This document shows, piece by piece, positions 1-8,624 of a DNA stretch of 64,000 bases. Origin of the DNA: Deltaproteobacteria bacterium (GTDB taxonomy: Bacteria; Desulfobacterota; Desulfarculia; Adiutricales; JAFDHD01); the NCBI GenBank assembly GCA_019308995.1, contig JAFDHD010000006.1, forward strand, positions 5,221-69,220. Direction: 5' to 3'. Each line of letters begins with the position of its first letter. The stretch's first letter is position 1. Under the pieces are notes generated by a model. That model was not told the DNA's origin and searched no databases. It saw nothing but the letters and a program-made list of their open reading frames with translations. A program made the translations under genes and the position numbers.

Positions 1-1
1 C

Positions 2-1786
2 ATCAATACGGTTTCCAAGACCGGCGGACATTTAGCGCCGTCCCTGGGCGTCGTTGAGTTGACCATTGCCCTTCATTATGTCTATGACACCCCTCCAGAT
101 CGGATCATCTGGGATGTAGGCCATCAGGCGTATGCCCACAAGCTTTTAACCGGCCGGCGGGATGAATTCAAGAGCTTACGTCAGAAGGGTGGACTCTCTG
201 GTTTTCCCAAGCGGGCAGAGAGCGAATATGATTTCTATGATACAGGCCACGCCTCGACCGCCATTTCCGCAGGCCTGGGCATGAGTATGGCCCTGGAGTT
301 GAAAAAGGCTCCGGGCCGGGTCATCGCTGTGGTTGGCGATGGTTCTTTAACCGGAGGCATGGCCTTTGAAGGACTCAACCAGGCCGGAGAATTGCACAAG
401 AATCTGATTGTCGTTCTAAATGATAACGAGATGTCCATCTCCCGCAATGTGGGGGCCTTGTCCTCCTTTCTCAGCCGTAAACTCACCAAAAAAAAGGTTT
501 ATATTGCTTTTAAAAAAGAGGTTCAGAATTTCCTGCGCACCGTTCCAGGTATCGGCGAAAACATCATTCAGTTGGTCCGGCGCAGCGAGGAATCTTTTCG
601 TGGCTTCATCTCTCCGAGTTTCCTTTTCGAAGCTTTTGGCTTCGATTATTTAGGGCCGATTCGGGGGCATCGCTTCAACGAACTCCTTGAGACTTTTATC
701 AACAGCAAGAACCTGGAAGGACCGGTTCTGATCCATGTCATGACCCAAAAAGGCAAAGGCTACAGACCAGCAGAGAAGAATCCTGTTCATTTTCACGGTG
801 TCGGCGCCTTTGAGGTTAAGACTGGAAATTCGAGGAAACAGACCCAGACAGCGCCTACTTATACAGAGGTTTTTGGCCAGACCCTTCTCGAGATGGCTGA
901 GCGGGACGAGCAGATCGTGGCCATTACTGCGGCCATGCCTGAAGGAACCGGCCTTTTTTCTTTCCGCGAACGTTTTCCTGATCGGTTTTTTGACGTGGCC
1001 ATAGCCGAGCAGCATGCCGTCACCTTTGCCGCCGGTCTGGCCTTGGAGGGCTTTAAGCCGGTCATTGCCATTTATTCCACATTTATTCAGCGAGCCTTAG
1101 ACCAGATTGTCCAGGATGTCTGTCTTCAGAATTTGCATGTCATCTTTGCCTTAGACCGGGCCGGGCTGGTCGGTGAAGATGGGCCTACTCATCACGGGCT
1201 TTTTGACCTGTCTTTCATGCGGTTTATGCCTAATATGACCATAATGGTTCCCAAGGATGAAAATGAACTCAGGCAGATGTTAGCGTTGGCGCTTGATCTC
1301 AATGGTCCGGTTACTGTGCGTTATCCCCGCGGCCGGGGAACGGGCGCGCCCCTTGAAAAGGAAATCAGGCCCTTGACTTTAGGTCAGGCCGAAGAGTTGA
1401 GGTCCGGTCAAGACGTACTGATTCTGACTGTGGGGACCATGGTTTATCCGGCCTGTTTGGCCGCCGATACCCTGGCCGGTGAGGGTATCAATGCGAGCGT
1501 GATTAACGCGCGCTTTGTCAAGCCTCTGGATCAAGAATTGATTATTAATCAAGCCCGGATCGCGGGACGAGTGCTATGTGTCGAGGAAAACACCATCATG
1601 GGCGGCTTCGGGTCGGCCGTGTATGAACTTTTAGTTGAAAAGGGTCTGTCAGATATTCGCGTTAAACGTCTGGGGGTTCCGGATTTTTTTGTTGAACATG
1701 GCACGCAGACCGAACTGCGCCAGGACATCGGCCTTGATACAGCAGGCATCCATCAAGCGGTGCTGGGGCTGCTGAATGAGAAGTGA
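2..1786 (+). CDS. dxs: 1-deoxy-D-xylulose-5-phosphate synthase, 5' end cut by the window edge
   Basis: The frame stays open back to nt 2 ([26 protein letters not shown]...), so the TTG at 59 is internal. [18 protein letters not shown]-binding motif and transketolase-like middle and C-terminal domains, collinear with Dxs. Confidence 0.95.
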   Translation: MNTVSKTGGHLAPSLGVVELTIALHYVYDTPPDRIIWDVGHQAYAHKLLTGRRDEFKSLRQKGGLSGFPKRAESEYDFYDTGHASTAISAGLGMSMALELKKAPGRVIAVVGDGSLTGGMAFEGLNQAGELHKNLIVVLNDNEMSISRNVGALSSFLSRKLTKKKVYIAFKKEVQNFLRTVPGIGENIIQLVRRSEESFRGFISPSFLFEAFGFDYLGPIRGHRFNELLETFINSKNLEGPVLIHVMTQKGKGYRPAEKNPVHFHGVGAFEVKTGNSRKQTQTAPTYTEVFGQTLLEMAERDEQIVAITAAMPEGTGLFSFRERFPDRFFDVAIAEQHAVTFAAGLALEGFKPVIAIYSTFIQRALDQIVQDVCLQNLHVIFALDRAGLVGEDGPTHHGLFDLSFMRFMPNMTIMVPKDENELRQMLALALDLNGPVTVRYPRGRGTGAPLEKEIRPLTLGQAEELRSGQDVLILTVGTMVYPACLAADTLAGEGINASVINARFVKPLDQELIINQARIAGRVLCVEENTIMGGFGSAVYELLVEKGLSDIRVKRLGVPDFFVEHGTQTELRQDIGLDTAGIHQAVLGLLNEK

Positions 1787-2535
1787 AAAAGGTTCGGGCC
1801 GATCAACTCACGGTCGAGCAGGGTCTGGCTGAGAGCCGGACTCAAGCCCGGGCTTTAATCATGGCTGGCCAGGTCCTGACCATGCACGATGGAGGGCTGC
1901 AGGGCCGTGTTGAAAAGGCCGGCCAGATGCTACCTCTTAAAACCGTCCTGGCTCTTAAGGATCAAGGGGTCAGGTTTGTCAGCCGGGGAGGTATAAAGCT
2001 TGACAGCGCCCTCGAGGATTTGGGGCTTGAGGTCCAAGGTCTGAGGGTCCTGGATGTCGGTGCTTCTACCGGCGGGTTCACTGATTGTTTACTCCAACGC
2101 GGCGCGGCTCACGTTACAGCCGTGGATGTCGGTTATGGCCAATTACACTGGCGGCTCAGGAAGGATTCAAGGGTCCGGGTTCTGGAGCGAACCAATGCCC
2201 GCTACCTGACCGCGGATCAATTTGAGAAGCCTTTCGATTTGGCGACAATTGATGTCTCTTTTATTTCATTGGCCTTGATTCTTCCACCAGTCAAGATGCT
2301 GGTCAGGCCTGGTGGAAAGATTTTGGCCCTGGTTAAACCTCAATTTGAGGTGGGCCGGGAGAAGGTCGGTCGTGGAGGTGTGGTGCGGGATACAAAGCTA
2401 CAGGCCGAAGCCGTGAATGGCATCGCCAGTTTGGCTTTGGAAATCGGGCTCGAGGTCTGCGCCCAAGAACCGGCTTGCTTGACAGGTCCCAAGGGTAACC
2501 AGGAATACTTTTTGCTGCTCAGGCGTCCAGCCTAG
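1783..2535 (+). CDS. tlyA: TlyA-family rRNA (cytidine-2'-O)-methyltransferase
   Basis: S4-like N-terminus ([25 protein letters not shown]) followed by an FtsJ-type SAM fold ([20 protein letters not shown]). GTGA start/stop overlap with dxs; dxs-tlyA linkage is common. Confidence 0.9.
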   Translation: MKKVRADQLTVEQGLAESRTQARALIMAGQVLTMHDGGLQGRVEKAGQMLPLKTVLALKDQGVRFVSRGGIKLDSALEDLGLEVQGLRVLDVGASTGGFTDCLLQRGAAHVTAVDVGYGQLHWRLRKDSRVRVLERTNARYLTADQFEKPFDLATIDVSFISLALILPPVKMLVRPGGKILALVKPQFEVGREKVGRGGVVRDTKLQAEAVNGIASLALEIGLEVCAQEPACLTGPKGNQEYFLLLRRPA

Positions 2536-2681
2536 ACGGTGCTGTTATTTCTTAAGCTTTGAGAAAGAGACTTGAGGAGGGTTCTGGTCCTCTTTTCTTC
2601 TTTTTTCATGCGACGTGTTTCATAGACTACCGATCCGAACAGCACGGCCAGACAGACACCGGATGCGGCTAGAAATTCCAT
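2532..2681 (-). CDS. 49-aa single-pass membrane mini-protein (hypothetical)
   Basis: ATG at 2681 is preceded by AAGGAGAG with a 6-nt spacer. MEFLAASGVCLAVLFGSVVYE forms a hydrophobic helix followed by a K/R/E-rich tail. A sigma-54-like promoter lies just upstream. This is the shorter version of the 74-aa track ORF. Confidence 0.45.
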   Translation of the reverse strand: MEFLAASGVCLAVLFGSVVYETRRMKKEEKRTRTLLKSLSQSLRNNSTV

Positions 2682-2716
2682 AGAATCTCTCCTTAGCAGG
2701 TTTTGTTTCATAGGGG

Positions 2717-2732
2717 AGCAAAAAAGGTGCCA
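2717..2732 (-). promoter_or_regulatory. sigma-54 type -24/-12 promoter element
   Basis: The minus strand reads TGGCAC-CTTTT-TTGC-T, an exact match to TGGCAC-N5-TTGC. It is placed about 25 nt plus an SD upstream of ATG 2681. Confidence 0.5.
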
Positions 2733-2798
2733 AAGAGAGACCTGTTTGCTAATCACCTGAAAATATTTGATTTGTACGAAATAAACCGTTAACTTCTG

Positions 2799-2814
2799 TG
2801 CCAGATTTCTGGCA
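2799..2814. promoter_or_regulatory. dyad TGCCAGA-TT-TCTGGCA, candidate enhancer-binding-protein site
   Basis: Perfect 7-bp inverted arms with a 2-nt spacer, centred about 100 nt upstream of the predicted sigma-54 start site. Confidence 0.3.
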
Positions 2815-3117
2815 GCAGGGTCAAATAATTCCCAAGCGCCAGGTAAAAAGATGAACCTGATCCAACAGATGGACGAGATTGAACCGTTGGCGGCTCATTA
2901 TCCCGCTGTTTGGAAAAGAAATTATGGGGTTAACTGGCCTGGTTGATTTAATTAAGGAGAGAATGCTTCACTGCGCTCGCAATAACATATCATTGATCTA
3001 GCTATAAAATATGACCCGCGAGGAGCACTAGCCTGAAGCAATTCTGGACTTTTCAATCGGGACCTATTTTTGCCATTTGACTCTGATCGGAGAGCTCGGC
3101 TGGGGAAGGGAATTTTG

Positions 3118-3155
3118 TCAAAAAAATGGCACAGACTTTGTCAGCCTGTGCCATT
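3118..3155 (-). terminator. rho-independent terminator of the cysteine-rich protein gene
   Basis: Perfect 10-bp stem AATGGCACAG/CTGTGCCATT (3125-3134 / 3146-3155) with an 11-nt loop, followed on the minus strand by a T-run. It starts 28 nt after the stop codon at 3183-3185. Confidence 0.7.
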
Positions 3156-3182
3156 AAATGGAGAGAGTTATCAAGATATATT

Positions 3183-3461
3183 TTAATGGGCGAGCCGTTT
3201 AGAGGCCTTGAGCGGATTGAGCATCGCTTTCTTGCCCTTATTATCATTCTTGATGTGGGTTGCCAGGTTACAAACTCCCCGCCGCCATTTTATTTGCGGG
3301 TCGGGGACTGAGACGCAAAATACTCCAGTCTTGAATTCTCGAGCGCGTTCGCAGCCTTCACATTGGGGTACGATCATGTGGCATATACCACCGTTGAAAT
3401 CGCAACCTTTTTTGGTCATAAAGACACATTCCACTCCCTCTTTTATGGTTTGACAATTCAT
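3183..3461 (-). CDS. small cysteine-rich protein, PxxKW-like family
   Basis: 92 aa from ATG 3461 (SD GGGGGTGG upstream; the track start at 3470 is a GTG inside the SD). Eight Cys including CEGC, a PQIKW motif and a basic tail NPLKASKR. It resembles the family I recall as PxxKW cysteine-rich proteins of deltaproteobacteria. Confidence 0.7.
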   Translation of the reverse strand: MNCQTIKEGVECVFMTKKGCDFNGGICHMIVPQCEGCERAREFKTGVFCVSVPDPQIKWRRGVCNLATHIKNDNKGKKAMLNPLKASKRLAH

Positions 3462-3488
3462 TGGAACCACCCCCTTTCATTAAATTTT

Positions 3489-3509
3489 GGGGTGCCAAAT
3501 AGGCACCCC
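3489..3509 (-). other. 5'-UTR stem-loop of the cysteine-rich protein mRNA
   Basis: GGGGTGCC / GGCACCCC perfect 8-bp stem with a 5-nt loop, located between the predicted promoter and the SD. Confidence 0.4.
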
Positions 3510-3527
3510 TGCATACTCAAACGAAAT

Positions 3528-3557
3528 CTTATAGACTATTTATTTGGAAATTGTCAA
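3528..3557 (-). promoter_or_regulatory. sigma-70 type promoter with an A/T-rich UP-like tract
   Basis: The minus strand reads TTGACA, an 18-nt spacer, then TATAAG. It is preceded by AATAAAAATAATAAAAATACAAAAAAAGGA. Confidence 0.45.
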
Positions 3558-3794
3558 TCCTTTTTTTGTATTTTTATTATTTTTATTGGGAAAGGCTTGA
3601 AATTTTTTACCATTTGTACAGCATTCTTGTTTGAACAGATATTATAAATCATTGTGGCTTATCTTTACAGGAAAGCGTATTCTGATTGAAATTGCTCAGG
3701 AAAGAGGGGCCGGCTTTTTTTATAGGTGGTCTTTCAGGCGGGCCTTTCTATTTTTATCCACTCTTCTTGAAGGGGACCCTGTCCCTGATTTTTC

Positions 3795-3822
3795 TTGACC
3801 AAAAGGGTTATTTTTTTATAAA
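3795..3822 (+). promoter_or_regulatory. candidate sigma-70 promoter for pilC
   Basis: TTGACC (3795-3800), 16-nt spacer, TATAAA (3817-3822), about 40 nt upstream of ATG 3864. Confidence 0.35.
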
Positions 3823-3863
3823 ATACATATAATTATTTAAATTTAAACCGTGCGGAGGCAGCT

Positions 3864-5069
3864 ATGCCGTTTTATGTGTGGAAAGGTGTCAATTTTAAAG
3901 GCAAGAAAAGAAAAGGAAAAATAGAGGCCGATAACGAAAGGGCCGTTGAAGCCAACCTCAAGCGCCTGCGTATTACCCCGACCTCAATCAAACCTGCACC
4001 CAAGGATCTGTTTGAAAATATAGGTTTTTTAAAGCCCAAGGTAACGAATAAGAATATCATCATCTTTACCCGGAATTTTTCGACCATGATTGACGCCGGG
4101 CTCACCTTGGTTAAGTGCCTTGAAATATTATCAAATCAGGAAGATAATCCCACCTTTAAAAAGATCCTTTTAGATATTAAGGACAACGTAGTGACCGGCT
4201 CGACCCTGTCTGAAGCACTGAAGAAGCACCCCAAGCAGTTTGACGACCTGTATTGCAACCTTGTGGCCGCCGGGGAAGAAGGTGGCATTTTAGATATTAT
4301 ATTGCAGCGTCTGGCTACTCACATTGAAAAAGCCGCCAAGCTCAGGAGTAAGGTCAAGGGCGCCATGATGCTTCCGATGATCATCTTTGTGGTGTTCATT
4401 GTGGTTATGGTTTTCATGCTTTACTTCGTCATCCCGGTTTTTGCCGACATGTTTGAGGGTATGGGCGCGCAACTGCCTGCGCCGACCGCTTTTCTCGTTA
4501 ACCTGAGTAACTTCACTAAAAAGAACATTATCTACATCATCGTTGCTACAGCGGTCTTTATCTTTTTATTCAGGCGTTTTAAAAATACAGAGAGAGGGCA
4601 GGTTATTTGGGACAGGACCGTGCTTCAGGTCCCTATTTTTGGAGATTTACAACGCAAGATGGCGGTGGCTCATTTCACCCGGACCCTGTCTACCATGATG
4701 AGTTCCGGTGTTCCCATTATGGACGGTCTGGAGATTACGGCCCACACGGCCGGTAACAAGATTATTGAGGAAAGTATCATTGATACACGCCTGGCTGTTT
4801 CAGAGGGACGGGTTATTGCCGACCCGCTTGAAGAGAGCGGGGTTTTTCCGCCTATGGTCATCCAGATGATCAGTGTGGGTGAGGAAGCCGGGGCGCTTGA
4901 AACCATGCTTTCCAAGATTGCCGATTTTTACGACGATGAGGTTGACGCTGCCGTGGAGGCCTTGACCACGGCCATTGAGCCGTTAATGACCGTTATCATG
5001 GGCGTCGGGGTTGGAGGTCTGATGCTAGCCATGTATATGCCCATGTTCCAAATAGGCGATCTAATCTGA
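3864..5069 (+). CDS. pilC: type IV pilus assembly platform protein PilC (GspF family)
   Basis: 401 aa with two GspF-type repeats (TFTRNFSTMIDAGLTLVKCLEIL / HFTRTLSTMMSSGVPIMDGLEIT) and three TM segments. Collinear with PilC. Confidence 0.92.
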   Translation: MPFYVWKGVNFKGKKRKGKIEADNERAVEANLKRLRITPTSIKPAPKDLFENIGFLKPKVTNKNIIIFTRNFSTMIDAGLTLVKCLEILSNQEDNPTFKKILLDIKDNVVTGSTLSEALKKHPKQFDDLYCNLVAAGEEGGILDIILQRLATHIEKAAKLRSKVKGAMMLPMIIFVVFIVVMVFMLYFVIPVFADMFEGMGAQLPAPTAFLVNLSNFTKKNIIYIIVATAVFIFLFRRFKNTERGQVIWDRTVLQVPIFGDLQRKMAVAHFTRTLSTMMSSGVPIMDGLEITAHTAGNKIIEESIIDTRLAVSEGRVIADPLEESGVFPPMVIQMISVGEEAGALETMLSKIADFYDDEVDAAVEALTTAIEPLMTVIMGVGVGGLMLAMYMPMFQIGDLI

Positions 5070-5272
5070 TTCCACGCTCAATTGAAAATAAAGGGTTGTT
5101 GACCGCGGATTGCGAAGAGCTAAAAAATGAATGAAATAAACAGGATCACGCCTGGCGGTCACTATAAATTTACGATTTTAAAACTATTTTTTATGATTTC
5201 GGTAAACCTTGGGGTGAATGATCAACAAATCTCTCATTCAAGACCAGAGTTCGGCCTGAGGTAATTTATCTT

Positions 5273-6937
5273 ATGATCCAGGACATTACAATTTCAGATC
5301 CCAGACAGAACCCGGGCGCCAAACTGCGTTTGTTGATGTTTTTCCGGGTGCTCATCATCACCTTCCTGCTGGGTGCAACGGTCGTTGTTCAGCTTCGGGA
5401 CCCCTGGGGCATCATCAATATCAGCTTGACCGGGTTATATGCGCTTATCGTCATCGTTTACCTGCTCACCTTTTTTTACGCCCTGATTTTGCCTCGATTT
5501 ATTTCCGTGACCATCCAGGCGTACATCCAGAGTATCGGCGATGTCTTGATGATTACGGCGATCATCTACCTGACCGGCGGAATCGAGAGTATTTTTTCCT
5601 TTATGTATATTCTGGCCATTATCAACGCCAGTTTCATCCTCTACCGGAAAGGCGCATTCCTTGTCGCCTCATTTTCCATTATCACATACGGACTGATCCT
5701 GGATTTGCAGTACTACCAGTATATCACTCCCTTTTACACGCGTTTGGCTCTTCCAAGTTATAGCCTGGCCTCTGACGTTTTTTATCGCATCCTGATAAAC
5801 ATGTGCGCATTTTACCTGGTGGCTTACCTTTCAGGTTATCTTTCATATCAGGTTGAAGAAACGCGCCGGAAGCTTGTAGCCAAGGAGACCGACTTCAAAC
5901 GGCTGGAGGGCCTCAATGAGAGTATCATTAACAGTATTGACGCAGGTCTAATGACCTTGGGCTCAAACGGGGAGATCCTGTCCTTTAATCCGGCTGCAGA
6001 ACGTATAACAGGGTATGCATTTACTGAGGTGCATGATCAACCATTCACCACCATATTCCCGGACCTGAGACTCCCAGAGCTAAATATCTCGGGGCACCCC
6101 TCCAGCCAACCCTGGTCCTACACTTACACCAGGCCGGATGGTCAAATCTTTTACCTCGAAATGACCCTTCAGGGCCTGAAAGATAATTTGAACTTGAACC
6201 GGGACAGGCTGCTGGTTTTTCAGGACAAGACTCGCATTCATCAGATGGAGGAAGAGGTCAAGAGGGTGGGGAAACTGGCCGCAGCAGGCGAGGTGGCTGC
6301 TGGTATTGCTCACGAGATCCGGAACCCCTTGGCTTCCATGAGCGGTTCCATTCAAATGCTTGAGATGGAGTTGAAAGACAACTCGGATCATGAACCTCTC
6401 ATGAAGATTATCCGGCGGGAAATGGATCGTCTTGAAAATATTGTTCATGATTTTCTCATCTTTGCCAGGCCTCAAATCGGTAAACCGACTCGGTTTGATC
6501 TCTATAAAACCACTCAGGATATAATCAATAACTTCAACCGGCAGGGCGGGATGAATGAGGCCGTGACCCTGACTACGAACAATGATTCTGACATCTTTAT
6601 CCATTTTGACCCTTATCAGCTTGAACAGGTCATGTGGAATCTCCTGCTAAATGCCAGGGACGCCATAGTGCAGGGAGGGGAAATTTCAGTCGCATTAGAG
6701 GCGGACGAAGAGGATTCTTCAACGGTCAAAGTGATCGTCAATGATACCGGCGTCGGGATTGATGCTTCAGTTCTGCCTCATATCTTCGACCTCTTCTTTA
6801 CCACCAAGGAGAGAGGCACTGGGCTCGGTCTATCCGTCGTCTCTCGCATACTGGAGGGGGGAGGCGGGCGTGTCAAAGTTACTTCCGAGCCCAAGGTCGG
6901 GACCACGTTTACCATTTTTTTGCCGCTTTCTGGTTAA
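5273..6937 (+). CDS. PilS-like membrane sensor histidine kinase
   Basis: Polytopic N-terminus, one PAS domain, H-box GIAHEIRNPLASMSG, HATPase N/G boxes (NLLLNARDA, DTGVGI, GTGLGLS). It sits directly after pilC, as pilS does in Geobacter-type clusters. Confidence 0.8.
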   Translation: MIQDITISDPRQNPGAKLRLLMFFRVLIITFLLGATVVVQLRDPWGIINISLTGLYALIVIVYLLTFFYALILPRFISVTIQAYIQSIGDVLMITAIIYLTGGIESIFSFMYILAIINASFILYRKGAFLVASFSIITYGLILDLQYYQYITPFYTRLALPSYSLASDVFYRILINMCAFYLVAYLSGYLSYQVEETRRKLVAKETDFKRLEGLNESIINSIDAGLMTLGSNGEILSFNPAAERITGYAFTEVHDQPFTTIFPDLRLPELNISGHPSSQPWSYTYTRPDGQIFYLEMTLQGLKDNLNLNRDRLLVFQDKTRIHQMEEEVKRVGKLAAAGEVAAGIAHEIRNPLASMSGSIQMLEMELKDNSDHEPLMKIIRREMDRLENIVHDFLIFARPQIGKPTRFDLYKTTQDIINNFNRQGGMNEAVTLTTNNDSDIFIHFDPYQLEQVMWNLLLNARDAIVQGGEISVALEADEEDSSTVKVIVNDTGVGIDASVLPHIFDLFFTTKERGTGLGLSVVSRILEGGGGRVKVTSEPKVGTTFTIFLPLSG

Positions 6938-6996
6938 CCTTTGTCACAGCCATCTGATGATGGTAAAAATTTCTTTTAATTTTCATGGTTTTAACC

Positions 6997-7025
6997 TTGA
7001 CTAAGACCTCGAATTGGACTATAAG
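6997..7025 (+). promoter_or_regulatory. candidate sigma-70 promoter for lysS
   Basis: TTGACT (6997-7002), 17-nt spacer, TATAAG (7020-7025). Confidence 0.35.
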
Positions 7026-7134
7026 TCAATTCCCAAATTACACATCCTGTTTTCAAGGTTTGGGCCCGGACGCGCCTTAAACCTCAACAAGCATCGGATT
7101 AAATTTTCATTTTTTTTAAGGAAGTCCATGGACC

Positions 7135-8610
7135 TTGGGAGAAAGTAATATAGTCACACAGCGCCGTCAGAAGGCTTCTGCCTTGAGGATGGACGGTTTC
7201 AACCTATATCCCAACCATTTTCGCCCCCAGACACAGGTTTCTGTGTTGAGATCGAGGTTTGATCAGGCGGATGCTGAGTCCCTGGAAAAGGTTGAAGAGC
7301 TTTTCTGCCTGGCTGGCCGGATTATGGCCAGGCGTGATTATGGCAAGTCCGTGTTTTTTGATATCCAGGACCACTCAGGCCGGATTCAGGCTTATCTTCG
7401 CCGTCAGGATGTGGCGCCCGAGATATTTAACCTGTTTAAAAAACTGGATATCGGAGATATCGTCGGGCTTACGGGGCGAATTTTCCGCACGCGAACTGGA
7501 GAGCTGACCCTGTTTGTCTCCGACCTGGAACTAGTCTCCAAGTCACTCCTGCCTTTACCAGAGAAGTACCATGAGATAAATGTCGAGCTGAAATACCGGC
7601 AGCGTTACCTTGATTTAATCATGAGCGAACAAACCCGCGAAGTCTTTATCAAGCGGACTCGTATTATATCTCTCCTCAGGCAGTTTCTAGAACAACGGTC
7701 TTTTGTCGAGGTCGAAACTCCCATGATGCAGCCCATACCGGGCGGGGCCACGGCGCGGCCTTTTGAGACCTTTCATCAAACCCTGGACATGAAGCTTTAC
7801 TTACGCGTTGCCCCAGAACTCTACCTGAAGCGGCTCCTGGTCGGGGGATTCAATCGTGTTTATGAATTAAACCGCAACTTTCGCAATGAGGGAATCTCTA
7901 CTCAGCATAATCCCGAATTTACTATGCTGGAGTTTTATCAGGCTTATGCTACTTATGAAGATTTAATGGATCTGACGGAGGAGATGTTTCAATTCATTGC
8001 TCGGGAAGTAAACGGTTCTGAGACTCTGATCTACCAGAACCGGGAAGTCAAGCTCTCTTCGCCTTGGTCCCGATGCGGGTTTCTTGAGGCCCTTAAGGAG
8101 GTCGGCGAGGTACCATCCGATGTCCTTAAAAGCCGAGATCGAGCTTTGGCCTTATGTGCGGACCTGGACCTTGAGATATCCAGGGGTGAAGTTCATGGTA
8201 AACTCCTGGCAAAGATCTTCGATGTCCTGGTCGAGCCCAAGTTGAATGAACCGACCTTTATAACCGGCTACCCGACCGATATCAGCCCGCTGGCCCGGCG
8301 CAATGACGCCGATCCAAGTATTACTGACCGGTTTGAACTCTACATCGCCGGACGCGAGATGGCCAACGGTTTTTCCGAGCTCAATGATCCCATTGATCAA
8401 CAGGAAAGGTTCATGGCCCAGATTGCCGAAAGGGAAGCCGGGGACGAGGAGGCCCAGTTCATGGATGAAGATTATGTACGGGCCTTGATGTACGGTATGC
8501 CGCCGGCGGCTGGTGAAGGTGTGGGAGTGGATCGGCTGGTGATGCTACTTACTGATTCCGCTTCCATCAGGGACGTCATTCTATTTCCTCATTTACGACC
8601 GGAGCAATAA
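7135..8610 (+). CDS. lysS: lysine--tRNA ligase, class II
   Basis: OB-fold anticodon-binding N-terminus and class II motifs (FRNEG, ELNDP, GVGVDRLVMLL). TTG start with AAGGAAG upstream. Confidence 0.95.
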   Translation: MGESNIVTQRRQKASALRMDGFNLYPNHFRPQTQVSVLRSRFDQADAESLEKVEELFCLAGRIMARRDYGKSVFFDIQDHSGRIQAYLRRQDVAPEIFNLFKKLDIGDIVGLTGRIFRTRTGELTLFVSDLELVSKSLLPLPEKYHEINVELKYRQRYLDLIMSEQTREVFIKRTRIISLLRQFLEQRSFVEVETPMMQPIPGGATARPFETFHQTLDMKLYLRVAPELYLKRLLVGGFNRVYELNRNFRNEGISTQHNPEFTMLEFYQAYATYEDLMDLTEEMFQFIAREVNGSETLIYQNREVKLSSPWSRCGFLEALKEVGEVPSDVLKSRDRALALCADLDLEISRGEVHGKLLAKIFDVLVEPKLNEPTFITGYPTDISPLARRNDADPSITDRFELYIAGREMANGFSELNDPIDQQERFMAQIAEREAGDEEAQFMDEDYVRALMYGMPPAAGEGVGVDRLVMLLTDSASIRDVILFPHLRPEQ

Positions 8611-8624
8611 GGAGGTCGAGGGGG

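Noticed and set aside
2851-2946. 31-codon ORF (MNLIQQMDEIEPLAAHYPAVWKRNYGVNWPG) in the 360-nt gap between the mini-ORF promoter region and the terminator.
   Set aside because: It has a weak SD and no recognisable family, and it overlaps the region expected to hold enhancer sites. It may be a gene fragment, but this cannot be supported. The gap itself remains unexplained and could hold an sRNA.
3127-3141. Plus-strand TGGCAC-AGACT-TTGT, a near sigma-54 -24/-12 match.
   Set aside because: It has one mismatch in the -12 element and forms the 5' arm and loop of the minus-strand terminator hairpin. The nearest plus-strand gene is over 700 nt away, across an antisense gene. It is best explained as part of the terminator.
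3363-3647. 94-aa plus-strand ORF, plus ORFs 3208-3453, 3126-3311 and 3053-3247.
   Set aside because: They overlap the cysteine-rich gene, its promoter or its terminator. They are AT-rich run-through frames with no SD and no motifs.
3754-3762. TTATCCACT, an 8/9 match to the DnaA box.
   Set aside because: It is a single isolated copy with no cluster, no AT-rich unwinding repeats and no dnaA or dnaN nearby.
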